Assembly: GCA_051874735.1 (NCBI GenBank)
Contig: JBJEGD010000026.1
Coordinates: forward strand, 91,452-155,451
Length of the DNA stretch: 64,000 nucleotides
Reading direction: 5' to 3'
Source: Candidatus Bruticola sp.
Lineage (GTDB): Bacteria; Vulcanimicrobiota; Xenobia; Xenobiales; Xenobiaceae
The notes below the pieces were generated by a model. It did no database searches. It had not been told where the DNA came from and was given only the letters and a program-made list of their open reading frames with translations. This document shows, in pieces, positions 1 through 10,025 of the stretch (positions within the stretch are counted from its first letter, which is position 1; each line of letters begins with the position of its first letter). Position numbers and translations under genes: made by a program.

Positions 1-1068
1 TTGCCTTTAGAAATAGAGGATGCTGAAGTTGAGCCTAATCCTGCCACAGAAGAACAGCTCGCTGCTGCTAAAATGCTGATGGATCGTGAATCCCGTCAGC
101 TTCTAGAACAGATTAAAAATGCTGGTTCAATATTTTTGAATAAGATTGAGTGTCCTGATCGCGATCTGTTAGAAAGACGTATCCACAACTTCAAAGATTT
201 AGGGCTCTTAAGTATGGATTACGCGGTACTCTGCCACCGAACTGGTCAGCAGATCCTGCGTGTTGCTGACAAAGCAACTATCGACGAAAGCTCCCAGAAG
301 GCTTTCAAGTGCTTTATTTGCGGTAGTCAAATTTCTGATGAACTCATTGAAGAAGTTCTCGCTTGTACGGAATGTGGCGTTACTATGCTCAGTGACCGTA
401 CTTGGCTGCTCATTTTAGTAAGAGGTATTTTAGCTGAACTCGGGATCCCCAGCAGTGCTATGAAGATCTACCGCAGCAAAGAGCTCCCAGTTCAAATATT
501 CCTTTCTATAAATGGGTTGCGTTATCTTTTAGTCCTTTGCACTGAACCCATCACCTTAGATCAGGCTTATCTTATTGGCGCGCATTTAGCTGCCTACAAA
601 CTGGACAGTGCTATTATTATTTCTACGGAAAAAATTACTACTCTTATGCGTTCTCACTTGGAGCAGACCAGCCCCCGGGCTAAATTTGAGTTCTTGGATA
701 AGATGGAAGATCTCAGTGCCCATTTGCAGCGTATAATTATCGATCAGCAGCGCGATTTCTTGAGCAAGCAGTTGGAAGATATGGTTTCTCTTACCAAGGT
801 AGATATCTCTCCGTTAGTTTTGCAGCGCATGCTCCCTATTCCTGAAAATTTAAAGGATGTAACTGTTAGAGATGAACCTGCTGCTTCAGTTCATGCTGAG
901 GTAAGTGTTAGCGAAGCTATTAAAGTCAGCAAGCCTTCTTTAGGAAAAGCGGCTCTGTCTATTGAGCCTAAATCAGCTTTAAATGCTGAAACAGTCGTGG
1001 AAATCATTGAAGAAAGCGGCGCTCTGGAGATTCCTTCCAAAGGTTCTAAAAAGGGCAAAAAACATTAA
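1..1068 (+). CDS. hypothetical protein, 5'-partial (frame is open from base 1); zinc-ribbon-like four-Cys motif
   Basis: The frame is open from the window edge to TAA at 1066-1068. It contains CFICGSQ...CTECG (CxxC..CxxC). I recognise no family. Confidence 0.55.
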   Translation: MPLEIEDAEVEPNPATEEQLAAAKMLMDRESRQLLEQIKNAGSIFLNKIECPDRDLLERRIHNFKDLGLLSMDYAVLCHRTGQQILRVADKATIDESSQKAFKCFICGSQISDELIEEVLACTECGVTMLSDRTWLLILVRGILAELGIPSSAMKIYRSKELPVQIFLSINGLRYLLVLCTEPITLDQAYLIGAHLAAYKLDSAIIISTEKITTLMRSHLEQTSPRAKFEFLDKMEDLSAHLQRIIIDQQRDFLSKQLEDMVSLTKVDISPLVLQRMLPIPENLKDVTVRDEPAASVHAEVSVSEAIKVSKPSLGKAALSIEPKSALNAETVVEIIEESGALEIPSKGSKKGKKH

Positions 1069-1214
1069 TTTAGCTGATTTTATAACTTTAGTATAAACTA
1101 GTGGTGGGGGACTGCAGGGGCTCTTCGTTTGCATAGCATCGGTGGGTCCCTGTGCTTTTTATGGTTCGGTTGAGTTCGTTCTTTAGCAAATAATTATTTT
1201 TAGAGGTGAACTTT

Positions 1215-4200
1215 ATGAAAGCAGTGATTATGGCCGGCGGTGAAGGCACTCGTTTGCGTCCCTTAACAGTGAGTAGACCCAAACCGATGGTTCCTGTATG
1301 CAACCGTCCAGTTATGGAATATACTATAGACCTTTTAAAACGCTATGGTATAGAGACCGTAGTTGTAACCCTTCACTACAAAGCTGAAGATATTATTTCC
1401 TACTTTGGAGATGGAACCGATTTCGGCCTAAAAATTGTTTATTCTATTGAAACTTCTCCTATGGGAACAGCGGGAAGCGTCAAGCAAATTCAAGACATAG
1501 TCGGAGACGATACTTTTTTAGTTATCAGCGGTGATGGACTTACCGATATAGATTTGGGGCGAGCTGTGGCTTTTCATAAAGAGAAAAGAGCTACAGCTAC
1601 TTTAGTGCTGATGCGTGTCAATAATCCCCTTGAGTATGGGGTGGTTATTACAGATAAAAACAATGCTATTGAGCGTTTTTTAGAAAAGCCTTCTTGGGGC
1701 GAAGTTTTTTCCGATCAAGTTAATACTGGCATCTATATTTTAGAACCAGAAATTTTCAATTTAATGGAGAAAGGTCAAAGTTACGATTTCTCTCGTGACA
1801 TCTTTCCCAAGCTTTTAGAACAGAAAAAAGGGCTGTATGGTTATGTCGCCTCAGGTTATTGGTGTGATATAGGCGATATAGACCATTATGCTGCGGCTCA
1901 TCGAGACATGTTTGATGGCAAAGTTCTCCAAGAAATGGTGGGAACCCAAAGAGCAGACGGGGTATGGATTGGAGAAGGCACAAAAATAGATCCTACGGCT
2001 ATTTTAGAAGCGCCTCTGATGATTGGGCGCAACTGCCGTATAGGAGCTCATACTTACGTATCATCTTACACTTGTATTGGTGATAACTGCATTATTGAAG
2101 AAGATGTCAATCTGCAAAGGGATATTATCTTTAATAACGTTTTCATTGGCGGTAAAAGCAACTGTGTCGGTGCCATTATTTGTCGGCAGTGCACTATAAA
2201 ACCGGGCGTTAGTTTAAATGACAGTTCTGTTATCGGTGAAAATGTTTTTATCGGTCGCGGAGCCTCTGTAAGAAGTCAGATTTCTATTTGGCCTGATAAG
2301 AATATTCCTGATGGTTTAACTATTTCTGAAAATTTAGTGTGGGGTAAAAAGAATTCTGAAACGCTTTTCGGACGTGACAGTATCATCGGGCTAGGCAATT
2401 TAGAAATTACTCCTGAATTCGCCATGAAGCTAGGGGCCGCTTTTGGAACTTTGCTTCCTAAAGAGTCTACAGTAACCGTTTCCCGAGATTCTCGCCCTGT
2501 CAGCCGTTTAATAAATAGGGCTATTATCAGCGGTCTGAGTTCAGTCGGTGTAAATACGCTCGATTTGCGTTTGCTGCCTGCAGCAGTGAGCCGGTATTTG
2601 GTTAGTCGGACTAAATCAGTAGGAGGGATTCATACGCGCGTTTACCGCGATGAATCGCGTTTAGTAGAGATTGAATTTTTTGATGAATTGGGCATCAATA
2701 TCGATAAAATTCGTCAACGTAAGGTTGAGAACTCCTTTATTCGCCAGGATTTCCGCCGTACCGATGTAGATGAAGTCGGTATTATCAGCTACATGGATGC
2801 TAGTATAGACAAATATATAGAAGGCTTTATAAGTTGCTTAGATACTAGGAGTATCAAAAATGCCAATTTTAAAGTAGTAATCGATTACTCGTATGGAACC
2901 GCTTGTCAAGTTCTTCCTTTTATTCTAAATAAATTAGGAGTAGAAACTGTTTCTATAAATGCTTATGTCGATTACGACAAGGCTAGAGAAGCGCAGGCTA
3001 AGAAAGATGATGCCCTGCGTCAGCTGTCAAATATTGTCAAGCCAGTTGGGGCAGATTTGGGCATCATTATGGATGCAGATGCCGAACGTATCTATTTAGT
3101 GGACGAAGAAGGCTCCCCCATTAAAGGGACTAATCTGCTAGCTTTGCTTGCTTTAATGGTATTTAGGCATAGCAAGGATGCTTTAGTAGCTGTGCCAATC
3201 AGCGTCCCGGGAATTATGGAAAAATTGGCTCAGCAGCAGCATGGCAAAATTATACGTACTAAAACTGACTATCGTTCAATTATGCACAGTGCTTTTGTCA
3301 GTGAAGGGCGCATTGCGTTAGCTGGAACTTCTTCTGGCGCTTTTGTTTTCCCTAAATTCTCTCCTGGTTTCGATGCCATGTTCCTTTTGGCCGAAATGCT
3401 GGAAATGATGGCTTTTGATAAGCGCAAACTGTCTGAAATAGCTAAAGTTATACCTCCTCACTATTCTCTTTCCGGTAGTGTCGAATGTAACTGGTCAGAG
3501 AAAGCCAAAGTTATGCGCCTTCTAGTAGAGCGTTACCGTGATGAAAAGTTGGAACTCCTCGATGGAGTGCGCATCGATTTTGATGATGATTCATCTGTAT
3601 TGATGGTGCCTCATCCTTCATTGGCTAGAATTAATGTCTGGACAGATGCTTCTTCTAAAGAAAGGGCTAAAGCATTAATGGAGAGGGCTCGTTTTGTGAT
3701 TCCTCAGTTAGCTAATGCTGACGAGAATGCACTGTTGAAAGAGCGCAAAGAAGACGACAATCATAATTTAATTAGTCCTACTACCATTATTCCTGAAGAG
3801 CGTGCTTTCCATTTTTGGGTACCCGGACGTTATTTAGGCGTTCAAGTGCGTAGTTTGCGCAGTTTTATCGACGTGCTGCACTATATTGAGACGGCTTCGT
3901 TGGAATATCATATGGAACGCAACGATTTCGCCAACTGGCTCAGAACTGAGTTAGGAAGATACTTAGTGGCTCTCGATTTAGAACAGATAAGTAAAGCTCG
4001 CTACAAAGGAGAAGAACTGCGCTGCCATATTTTGGAATGTTTTGGCGAAGCAGCTTCTTCTGAGTCTAGTAATTCTGTTGAGCACAATGATGATTTTGAG
4101 GAAACTCACTTCAAAATTAACGAAGATCATCATAGTCAAGAAGTTGGCGGTATCAGGTTTATGTCTGATCATGTTGTAAATGATATCCAGAAGGGACACG

Positions 4201-4445
4201 ATAAAGGAGCGGTTGCAGATGCTGCTGACAGCAACGATCCTAATTTAGGTTCAGCTATAGTGGTAGAAGAAGCTTCGAAAACTAATTTAGCTAGTAAACT
4301 AAATGATGAAGAGTTTACAACTCATAAAGGCGATTTATTGTCTGAAAATCAAGACAGCCGCTCTAAAGCTAGTCCTGGAGCTTTGGAGACTGACGGAGGT
4401 CTGAAACTCGATAATTCTTTGTCTGGAGCTAAGGCTGAGCAATAA
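1215..4445 (+). CDS. sugar-phosphate nucleotidyltransferase / left-handed beta-helix / phosphomannomutase-like fusion with an about 250-aa extra C-terminal region
   Basis: ATG at 1215 lies 8 nt after AGAGG; the track start at 1206 is GTG. The N-terminus has the VIMAGGEGTRLRPLT (GGxGTRLxPLT) motif. Hexapeptide-like repeats span aa ~250-370. The PGM/PMM metal loop GIIMDADAERIYLVDEEG is present. No TASHNP phosphoserine loop is visible (GGIHTRVYRD sits in its place). Confidence 0.85.
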   Translation: MKAVIMAGGEGTRLRPLTVSRPKPMVPVCNRPVMEYTIDLLKRYGIETVVVTLHYKAEDIISYFGDGTDFGLKIVYSIETSPMGTAGSVKQIQDIVGDDTFLVISGDGLTDIDLGRAVAFHKEKRATATLVLMRVNNPLEYGVVITDKNNAIERFLEKPSWGEVFSDQVNTGIYILEPEIFNLMEKGQSYDFSRDIFPKLLEQKKGLYGYVASGYWCDIGDIDHYAAAHRDMFDGKVLQEMVGTQRADGVWIGEGTKIDPTAILEAPLMIGRNCRIGAHTYVSSYTCIGDNCIIEEDVNLQRDIIFNNVFIGGKSNCVGAIICRQCTIKPGVSLNDSSVIGENVFIGRGASVRSQISIWPDKNIPDGLTISENLVWGKKNSETLFGRDSIIGLGNLEITPEFAMKLGAAFGTLLPKESTVTVSRDSRPVSRLINRAIISGLSSVGVNTLDLRLLPAAVSRYLVSRTKSVGGIHTRVYRDESRLVEIEFFDELGINIDKIRQRKVENSFIRQDFRRTDVDEVGIISYMDASIDKYIEGFISCLDTRSIKNANFKVVIDYSYGTACQVLPFILNKLGVETVSINAYVDYDKAREAQAKKDDALRQLSNIVKPVGADLGIIMDADAERIYLVDEEGSPIKGTNLLALLALMVFRHSKDALVAVPISVPGIMEKLAQQQHGKIIRTKTDYRSIMHSAFVSEGRIALAGTSSGAFVFPKFSPGFDAMFLLAEMLEMMAFDKRKLSEIAKVIPPHYSLSGSVECNWSEKAKVMRLLVERYRDEKLELLDGVRIDFDDDSSVLMVPHPSLARINVWTDASSKERAKALMERARFVIPQLANADENALLKERKEDDNHNLISPTTIIPEERAFHFWVPGRYLGVQVRSLRSFIDVLHYIETASLEYHMERNDFANWLRTELGRYLVALDLEQISKARYKGEELRCHILECFGEAASSESSNSVEHNDDFEETHFKINEDHHSQEVGGIRFMSDHVVNDIQKGHDKGAVADAADSNDPNLGSAIVVEEASKTNLASKLNDEEFTTHKGDLLSENQDSRSKASPGALETDGGLKLDNSLSGAKAEQ

Positions 4446-4485
4446 TAGATCAAAAACTGTTAGAGAAGATTAAATTCTCTATCTA

Positions 4486-4537
4486 AGCTCTTCTTAGAAT
4501 TTTGGTAAAAGTTCTAACCGAGAAGAGCTCTTTTTTT
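4486..4537 (+). terminator. rho-independent terminator
   Basis: agctcttct (4486-4494) pairs with agaagagct (4521-4529) and is followed by c+T7. Confidence 0.75.
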
Positions 4538-4608
4538 ATCCTAGGGGGGAAATTGTTTCTTATAAAAGAAGCGCTAAAAAATTAAATTTTGAGGCGGGAG
4601 TACAGTCT

Positions 4609-5403
4609 ATGTCCTTTTGGGATGATTTGAGAAGTGAAGTCAGAGATCGCTATACTACGGGAGATATAAGTGTAGGTTTATTCAGTACTATAACTAGTTT
4701 CGGGGTCATGCCTTTACCAGTAGTACAGCCTACATTTTATATGGGTAGATGCTATATCCTTTGTTTCGATTACATGGATTACGTAGAAAAACTTTTGGCT
4801 TGTCAGGCTAAGCAGGAAAACGTTTTTCAACTTCTGCTTTATATAAAAGAGACTGCAGCTACCTTGGGCCGATGCGTTCATCACGCTGTTGGTCCTATAG
4901 AAGAGATTCTTTCTGCCATAGATGATATTTTTGATGAACGTATGCGCAAACTGGAAGAAACTTTAGCTGAATCAATTATTGAAGAGGCTGAAGAAGAAGC
5001 TGCTGATGAGCTTGAAAATGAAAGCAATTCTGACGATTACGATGAATTCAAAAGAGAGCGCACTCTTATGGCAGCTAGTCTTCAGGAAAAGTTTGAAGCG
5101 GTTGATATATCCTACACTGTAGCTGTGGAATTGTCTATGCGTTTAGCGGCTATGTATGACTGTTGTACGCGCTATGTTCGAGATTTAAGGGAACTCAATT
5201 CGTCTGAAGTTTTAGGTGAAGTCGTTATTTTTATGCGTACTTTTATAGATGTGCAGCATATACTCGATACGCAGATGCGTCAGCTTCTTTTGGAAGATGT
5301 CTTTATGGAAAGAAGCAACTTATTCTCCACAGGTTTAATGCCTTGGATTAGTCATTCTGTAGGTGAATTAGTCCATCAAATTAACGGATTAGAACATGAA
5401 TAA
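4609..5403 (+). CDS. hypothetical protein with an acidic central segment
   Basis: 264-aa ORF with an upstream GGCGGGAG. It has an EEAEEEAADELENESNSDDYDE acidic tract. No family recognised. Confidence 0.6.
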   Translation: MSFWDDLRSEVRDRYTTGDISVGLFSTITSFGVMPLPVVQPTFYMGRCYILCFDYMDYVEKLLACQAKQENVFQLLLYIKETAATLGRCVHHAVGPIEEILSAIDDIFDERMRKLEETLAESIIEEAEEEAADELENESNSDDYDEFKRERTLMAASLQEKFEAVDISYTVAVELSMRLAAMYDCCTRYVRDLRELNSSEVLGEVVIFMRTFIDVQHILDTQMRQLLLEDVFMERSNLFSTGLMPWISHSVGELVHQINGLEHE

Positions 5404-5421
5404 AAATTGGAGATGTGAACA

Positions 5422-6198
5422 ATGGCTGCCAATATTGTTGCCTTATTAACTGATTTCGGTTCTCAAGATTCGTATGCGGCCATTGTTAAAGGGGTTATTT
5501 GGAAAATAAATGCTGACATTAAGTTAATAGATATTACTCATAATGTTCCTTTAGGAAAAATAAACAGGGCCGCTTTTCTGTTGGAATCGTGTATTAATTG
5601 GTTCCCGGAAGGTACCGTCTTTTTAGCTGTAGTTGATCCCGGAGTCGGCAGCCAGCGCAAAGCGATAGCTATTCGCGGTGAAAAATATTTTTATGTAGGC
5701 CCTGACAATGGCATTTTCACTTTAGCCCTCAAACGCGATCCCTTAAGGATGGCTGTAGAAATTGCAGTTGGAGCAGATAAAAATAAGGAAATAAGCAACA
5801 CTTTCCATGGTCGCGATCTGTTCGCTCCAGCTGCAGCCAGATTAGCTCAGGGAGAAGATGTGCGAATGTTGGGATCTGAACTGAAAGAACTAGTTAAACT
5901 GAATATATCAAAGAATCGTTTATCAGATCAAATCGGTCAAGGAAGTATTCTTTGCATAGACAGCTTCGGGAACTTAATCACTTCTTTGTGTAACCTCGAG
6001 GTGCGCAAAAAAGTAGTTGCTGCTGTTGTCAAGGGGCACAGATTTCCTATGTGCAGAACTTATTCAGAGGTAAAAGAGGGTGAGGGGCTAGCCTATTGGG
6101 GGTCTTCGGATTACTGTGAACTGGCTGTTAACAAAGGTTCAGCTGCCGACTTAACCCAGGCTCAGGAAGGAGACTTAGTTTCCTTTGAGCTTATCTAA
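5422..6198 (+). CDS. SAM hydroxide adenosyltransferase / SAM hydrolase family (DUF62, fluorinase-chlorinase-like fold)
   Basis: Motifs LTDFGSQDSY, VVDPGVGS, GPDNGIF and FHGRDLFAPAAA are typical of the family. GGAGA RBS. Confidence 0.85.
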   Translation: MAANIVALLTDFGSQDSYAAIVKGVIWKINADIKLIDITHNVPLGKINRAAFLLESCINWFPEGTVFLAVVDPGVGSQRKAIAIRGEKYFYVGPDNGIFTLALKRDPLRMAVEIAVGADKNKEISNTFHGRDLFAPAAARLAQGEDVRMLGSELKELVKLNISKNRLSDQIGQGSILCIDSFGNLITSLCNLEVRKKVVAAVVKGHRFPMCRTYSEVKEGEGLAYWGSSDYCELAVNKGSAADLTQAQEGDLVSFELI

Positions 6199-6224
6199 AA
6201 AATTGCTTAAAAAAAGTTAAGCAA
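6197..6224 (-). terminator. hairpin terminator for the small minus-strand ORF
   Basis: ttgcttaa (6203-6210) pairs with ttaagcaa (6217-6224). On the minus strand the stem is followed by a T6 run. Confidence 0.5.
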
Positions 6225-6273
6225 AGCAGACCTTGAAAAAACGTATTTTTATTTAAAGTTGGCAATAGTAGTT

Positions 6274-6507
6274 TTAGAAGATCTGATATTGATTGTGTAC
6301 TTCCACATTGGTGAAGCGTTCTAAATAGTTAATCACAGTTATTAAAGCTATAATAGCAAAAACAATCCAGAAAAAAGGACTTTTAAAAATTTTTGCCCAT
6401 ATTCCGGGTTCAGATATAGTTTCTAGATTGTTGTTATCTGTTTTGACTGATTCTTGGGGCTGTTCTGTCATGAATAAGGCCTCATTTTCTAGGGATAGAA
6501 CAGCCAA
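6274..6507 (-). CDS. small single-pass membrane protein (hypothetical)
   Basis: 77-aa ORF with one clear TM segment (FFWIVFAIIALITVINYL) and a dedicated downstream hairpin. The start is uncertain (Met1 or Met13). Confidence 0.4.
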   Translation of the reverse strand: MAVLSLENEALFMTEQPQESVKTDNNNLETISEPGIWAKIFKSPFFWIVFAIIALITVINYLERFTNVEVHNQYQIF

Positions 6508-6605
6508 AACCTTCGTGTTAAGATGACAATTTGCCTTTTTTGAAACAGCTTTGTAAAGCCGCTGATGTTATTTTTTTCAGCTGGTTGACAGATAGGGGAA
6601 TTAAT

Positions 6606-8087
6606 ATGAATGCTGCTTATATTGAACGTCAGAGTCGAGCACCTATTTATGAAGCTTTAGAGGAATATATTCAAGAAGCGAATGTTCCTTTTCATATGCC
6701 TGGACATAGTCTGGGTAGAGGAGCTGATCCTTATTTGCAAAGTTTAATGGGAGCTAAGGCCTTAGCAGCAGATATCACTCAAGTGCTAGATATGGATGAT
6801 ATCCATCGTCCCTACAGCTACACTAAAAAAGCTCAAGAATTGGCAGCTGAATGTTTTGGAGCTGACAAAACTTGGTTTTTAGTGAATGGCTCTACTTGCG
6901 GTAATCAAGCTATGCTTTTGGCCTCTTTAAAAACTGGTCAGGAGGTTATTATGCCTCGCTGCGCTCACCGATCTCTGCAAGCTGGATTAGTTTTTTCTGG
7001 TGCGGTACCTCGTTATGTCTCTTCTCCGTACGATAAAGAAGCTGGGGTTAGTTTAGCAGTTGAATGCTCTGATATGGAGTACTTACAGCACAAATACCCT
7101 AATGTGATAGCTTGGGCTGTTACTAGTGTCACTCCTTATGGGGCCTGTGCTGATATCAACACTATAAGTACTGCAGCTCATAATCATGGACTGCCTCTTT
7201 TAGTCGATGAAGCTTGGGGCCCCCACTTCGGTTTTCATCCCGATTTGCCCCAGTCTGCTATTTCCCTGGGAGCAGACTGCTCAGTGCAGAGTGCTCATAA
7301 ACTTTTAGCCGCTCTTTCTCAGGCTTCTATGCTCCACATAAAAGGCAAAAGGCTCAATTATGAACGTTTTAACTTGACTTTGCGTATGCTGCAGAGCACT
7401 AGCCCCAACTATTTGCTTTTAGCTTCGTTAGATATTGCGCGCCGTCAGTTGGCTTTGCATGGCTATCAGGATTGGCAGAGAGCTTTAGATTCTGCTGAGA
7501 GAATACGTCAATTTGTGCGTCATACTGAGGGACTACAGCTTATGGAACAGGGAGCGGCTTTTAACTACGATAAAACCAGAATTGTAATTTCTGCTCTAGA
7601 TTTGGGTATAGATGGAGTCGAGTTAGAAAGAACGCTGCGTTATCGTTTTAAAATTCAGCCGGAAATGTCCGATATGCGCCAAATCGTTTTAGTTATTACG
7701 CCCGGACATACTTCTAAGGACTTAGATAAACTTGAAGCAGCTCTTAAAGAAATTGCCGAAGCTCCTCACGGCTGGGTTTCTGCTGAAGGGGTTAAAGCGC
7801 CACTGCGCAGAGCTGCTTCTTTAGACTTTCCTGGTTTTCCTGAACAGTTAATGAGTCCTCGTCAATCTTATTTTAGCTCTTCTAAATATGTGCCTTGGGA
7901 GCAAGCTTTAGGAGAGGTTTGCGCTGAATTGATCACTCCTTATCCGCCTGGTATTCCCTTAATATGTCCCGGGGAAAGAATTGAGCGTCCCCATTGGGAG
8001 TACTTAAAGGCTCTTAACAAGGCTGGAGTACCTATTGATGGGTTGAGTGATCTTTCTATGCATCAAGTTAGAGTTATAGTTGGATAA
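6606..8087 (+). CDS. Orn/Lys/Arg decarboxylase-family PLP enzyme (YaaO-like)
   Basis: ATG at 6606 follows AGGGGA; the track start at 6531 is TTG. It has an FHMPGHS N-terminal motif, the SAHK PLP-lysine motif and the C-terminal PYPPGIP motif. Confidence 0.85.
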   Translation: MNAAYIERQSRAPIYEALEEYIQEANVPFHMPGHSLGRGADPYLQSLMGAKALAADITQVLDMDDIHRPYSYTKKAQELAAECFGADKTWFLVNGSTCGNQAMLLASLKTGQEVIMPRCAHRSLQAGLVFSGAVPRYVSSPYDKEAGVSLAVECSDMEYLQHKYPNVIAWAVTSVTPYGACADINTISTAAHNHGLPLLVDEAWGPHFGFHPDLPQSAISLGADCSVQSAHKLLAALSQASMLHIKGKRLNYERFNLTLRMLQSTSPNYLLLASLDIARRQLALHGYQDWQRALDSAERIRQFVRHTEGLQLMEQGAAFNYDKTRIVISALDLGIDGVELERTLRYRFKIQPEMSDMRQIVLVITPGHTSKDLDKLEAALKEIAEAPHGWVSAEGVKAPLRRAASLDFPGFPEQLMSPRQSYFSSSKYVPWEQALGEVCAELITPYPPGIPLICPGERIERPHWEYLKALNKAGVPIDGLSDLSMHQVRVIVG

Positions 8088-8180
8088 AACTTTAGATTCT
8101 TTCTTTTTGGAGGAACAAAACTGCGGTTAATTAAAATACATCCTCATTTTTGGAACAGATAAGAGGTTCTTCTCTGCATT

Positions 8181-10010
8181 ATGAATACAGACTCATCTGG
8201 ACAGTTAGTTATCGCGTCCGATAATCTTGAAGAGCTGATGTGCGTTTTTCCCGTAGATTGGTGTGAAGGATATGCCAGTTTAGGGCGTCCAGCTGATGAT
8301 TTAATTGAATTTGTCGCTGATTTAGGGCGCCTTCCTATGGCACGTTTCCAAGATGAAATATGTACTATTAGCGATTATCCGGTGAGCTACGGCGATCTGG
8401 ATTATATCGCTTCTTATGTTTCTTCTTTCGGTTCCGATAATAGAGCCGGTATAGATGCTACCTTGCATCGCATTTCCGCTATCCGCAATAGAAAGGGAAG
8501 AATTGTAGGTATTACCGCTAGAGTGGGCCGAGCTGTTTACGGAGATGCTGACATTATAAAAGATGTTGTTAAAAGCGGTCGGAGTATTCTGCTGTTAGGA
8601 CAACCTGGCGTTGGTAAAACTACGGTTTTACGTGAAATTTCGCGTGTATTGGCGGATGAATTGCACAAAAGAGTGGTTATTGTTGACACTTCTAACGAAA
8701 TTGCTGGTGATGGTGATATTCCTCATCCGGGAGTTGGAGCGGCTAGGCGTATGCAGGTGGCTGATCCGATAGAACAGCATAAAATTATGATTGAAGCTGT
8801 CGAGAATCATACTCCTCAAGTTGTTGTCATAGACGAAATTGGTACCGAGGCTGAAACTTATGCTGCTAGGACAATTGCTGAGCGTGGAGTTATGTTGGTA
8901 GCTACGGCTCACGGTACTAAACTGGAAAATTTAATTCAAAATCCTTCTTTATGTGATTTAGTAGGTGGCATAGAATCTGTAACTCTCTCTGATGAGATTG
9001 CCTTTAAAAAAGGTGGGGGACACAAAGCTATTTTAGAGCGCAAAGCTCCGCCAACTTTTGAGGTAGTTATAGAGCTCAGAGATCGTCATACTTTTGCTAT
9101 TCACAAAAATGTGGCTGACTCTGTTGATGCTATTTTACGTGGAGCAGAAATAGCTCCAATAGTTAGAATGAGACATAGTTCTGAGGCCAAAGATAATACA
9201 GAAGATACACCATCAGTAGTGACATTTAAGAAAAAAAAGAATAAAAGTTTAGAAACAATGGGAGCGCAGTTAGCTCCTCAGAATGGAATAGAACTCCAGG
9301 TAAATGGTTCTGCTGTGAATATAGACAAGCCGAACAGCGTTTCAGTTTTAGCTAAATACGGTTCTTTAATTCCTAAAAATAGTGCATCTTCCCACCGGAA
9401 ACAGGAAAAAATGGCTGAACTCGCTGATTCGAGCAGCCTTAATGAAAGGTTCGCCTACTTGCGCCGCGATCGCTACACAGATGAAGAGGGCAATATATTA
9501 CTGGCCCAAAAAGAGGAGCGCAAACCTTGTGTAGGAACGAAGCCTAAGGTCAATATTTATCCTATTGGAGTAAGTCGCAACCGTTTAGAAAAGTTAATTG
9601 GACTCTTGGAGCTGCCTGCTCAAGTTGTACCTAGTTGGAAGTCTGCTAGCGTTGTTTTAGCCTTAGAATCTAGCCAGGAGAGTGATCCTCATCTCTTTAA
9701 GGCTATCAAAAATGCCGGACTTAAGGTCTGTCGTTTGGCTGAGAATACTTGGCCTAAAATTAAGTCTTTTCTCGATAACTATTTTGAAGATACTATTTTA
9801 AGCCCCGCTGAGTTGGCCCAACTTGAAGTTATGGAAGCTATCGAAGAGGTGCAAAAAACTGGCCGTCCCTATAATTTGTTGCCTCAAGAGCGCTCTTTAC
9901 GTCGTCTGCAGGGGCAGCTGGCCTCTGAAGCTGGTATACAATCAATTATTTATGGTACAGAGCCAGAATGTTATCTGCGTTTGCAGATGCATAAAGTTCA
10001 TTCAGTTTAA
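8181..10010 (+). CDS. Ycf45/SpoIIIAA-like AAA ATPase with a C-terminal R3H-like domain
   Basis: Walker A GQPGVGKTT and Walker B VVVIDEIGT. The C-terminus LLPQERSLRRLQ...GTEPECYLRL resembles R3H, with Gln at the His position. Confidence 0.8.
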   Translation: MNTDSSGQLVIASDNLEELMCVFPVDWCEGYASLGRPADDLIEFVADLGRLPMARFQDEICTISDYPVSYGDLDYIASYVSSFGSDNRAGIDATLHRISAIRNRKGRIVGITARVGRAVYGDADIIKDVVKSGRSILLLGQPGVGKTTVLREISRVLADELHKRVVIVDTSNEIAGDGDIPHPGVGAARRMQVADPIEQHKIMIEAVENHTPQVVVIDEIGTEAETYAARTIAERGVMLVATAHGTKLENLIQNPSLCDLVGGIESVTLSDEIAFKKGGGHKAILERKAPPTFEVVIELRDRHTFAIHKNVADSVDAILRGAEIAPIVRMRHSSEAKDNTEDTPSVVTFKKKKNKSLETMGAQLAPQNGIELQVNGSAVNIDKPNSVSVLAKYGSLIPKNSASSHRKQEKMAELADSSSLNERFAYLRRDRYTDEEGNILLAQKEERKPCVGTKPKVNIYPIGVSRNRLEKLIGLLELPAQVVPSWKSASVVLALESSQESDPHLFKAIKNAGLKVCRLAENTWPKIKSFLDNYFEDTILSPAELAQLEVMEAIEEVQKTGRPYNLLPQERSLRRLQGQLASEAGIQSIIYGTEPECYLRLQMHKVHSV

Positions 10011-10025
10011 TTTTAGGGTATAAAT

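Noticed and set aside
1088-1303. 71-aa minus-strand ORF across the start of the nucleotidyltransferase gene
   Set aside because: It overlaps the strongly supported GGxGTRLxPLT-encoding start region on the opposite strand and has no RBS.
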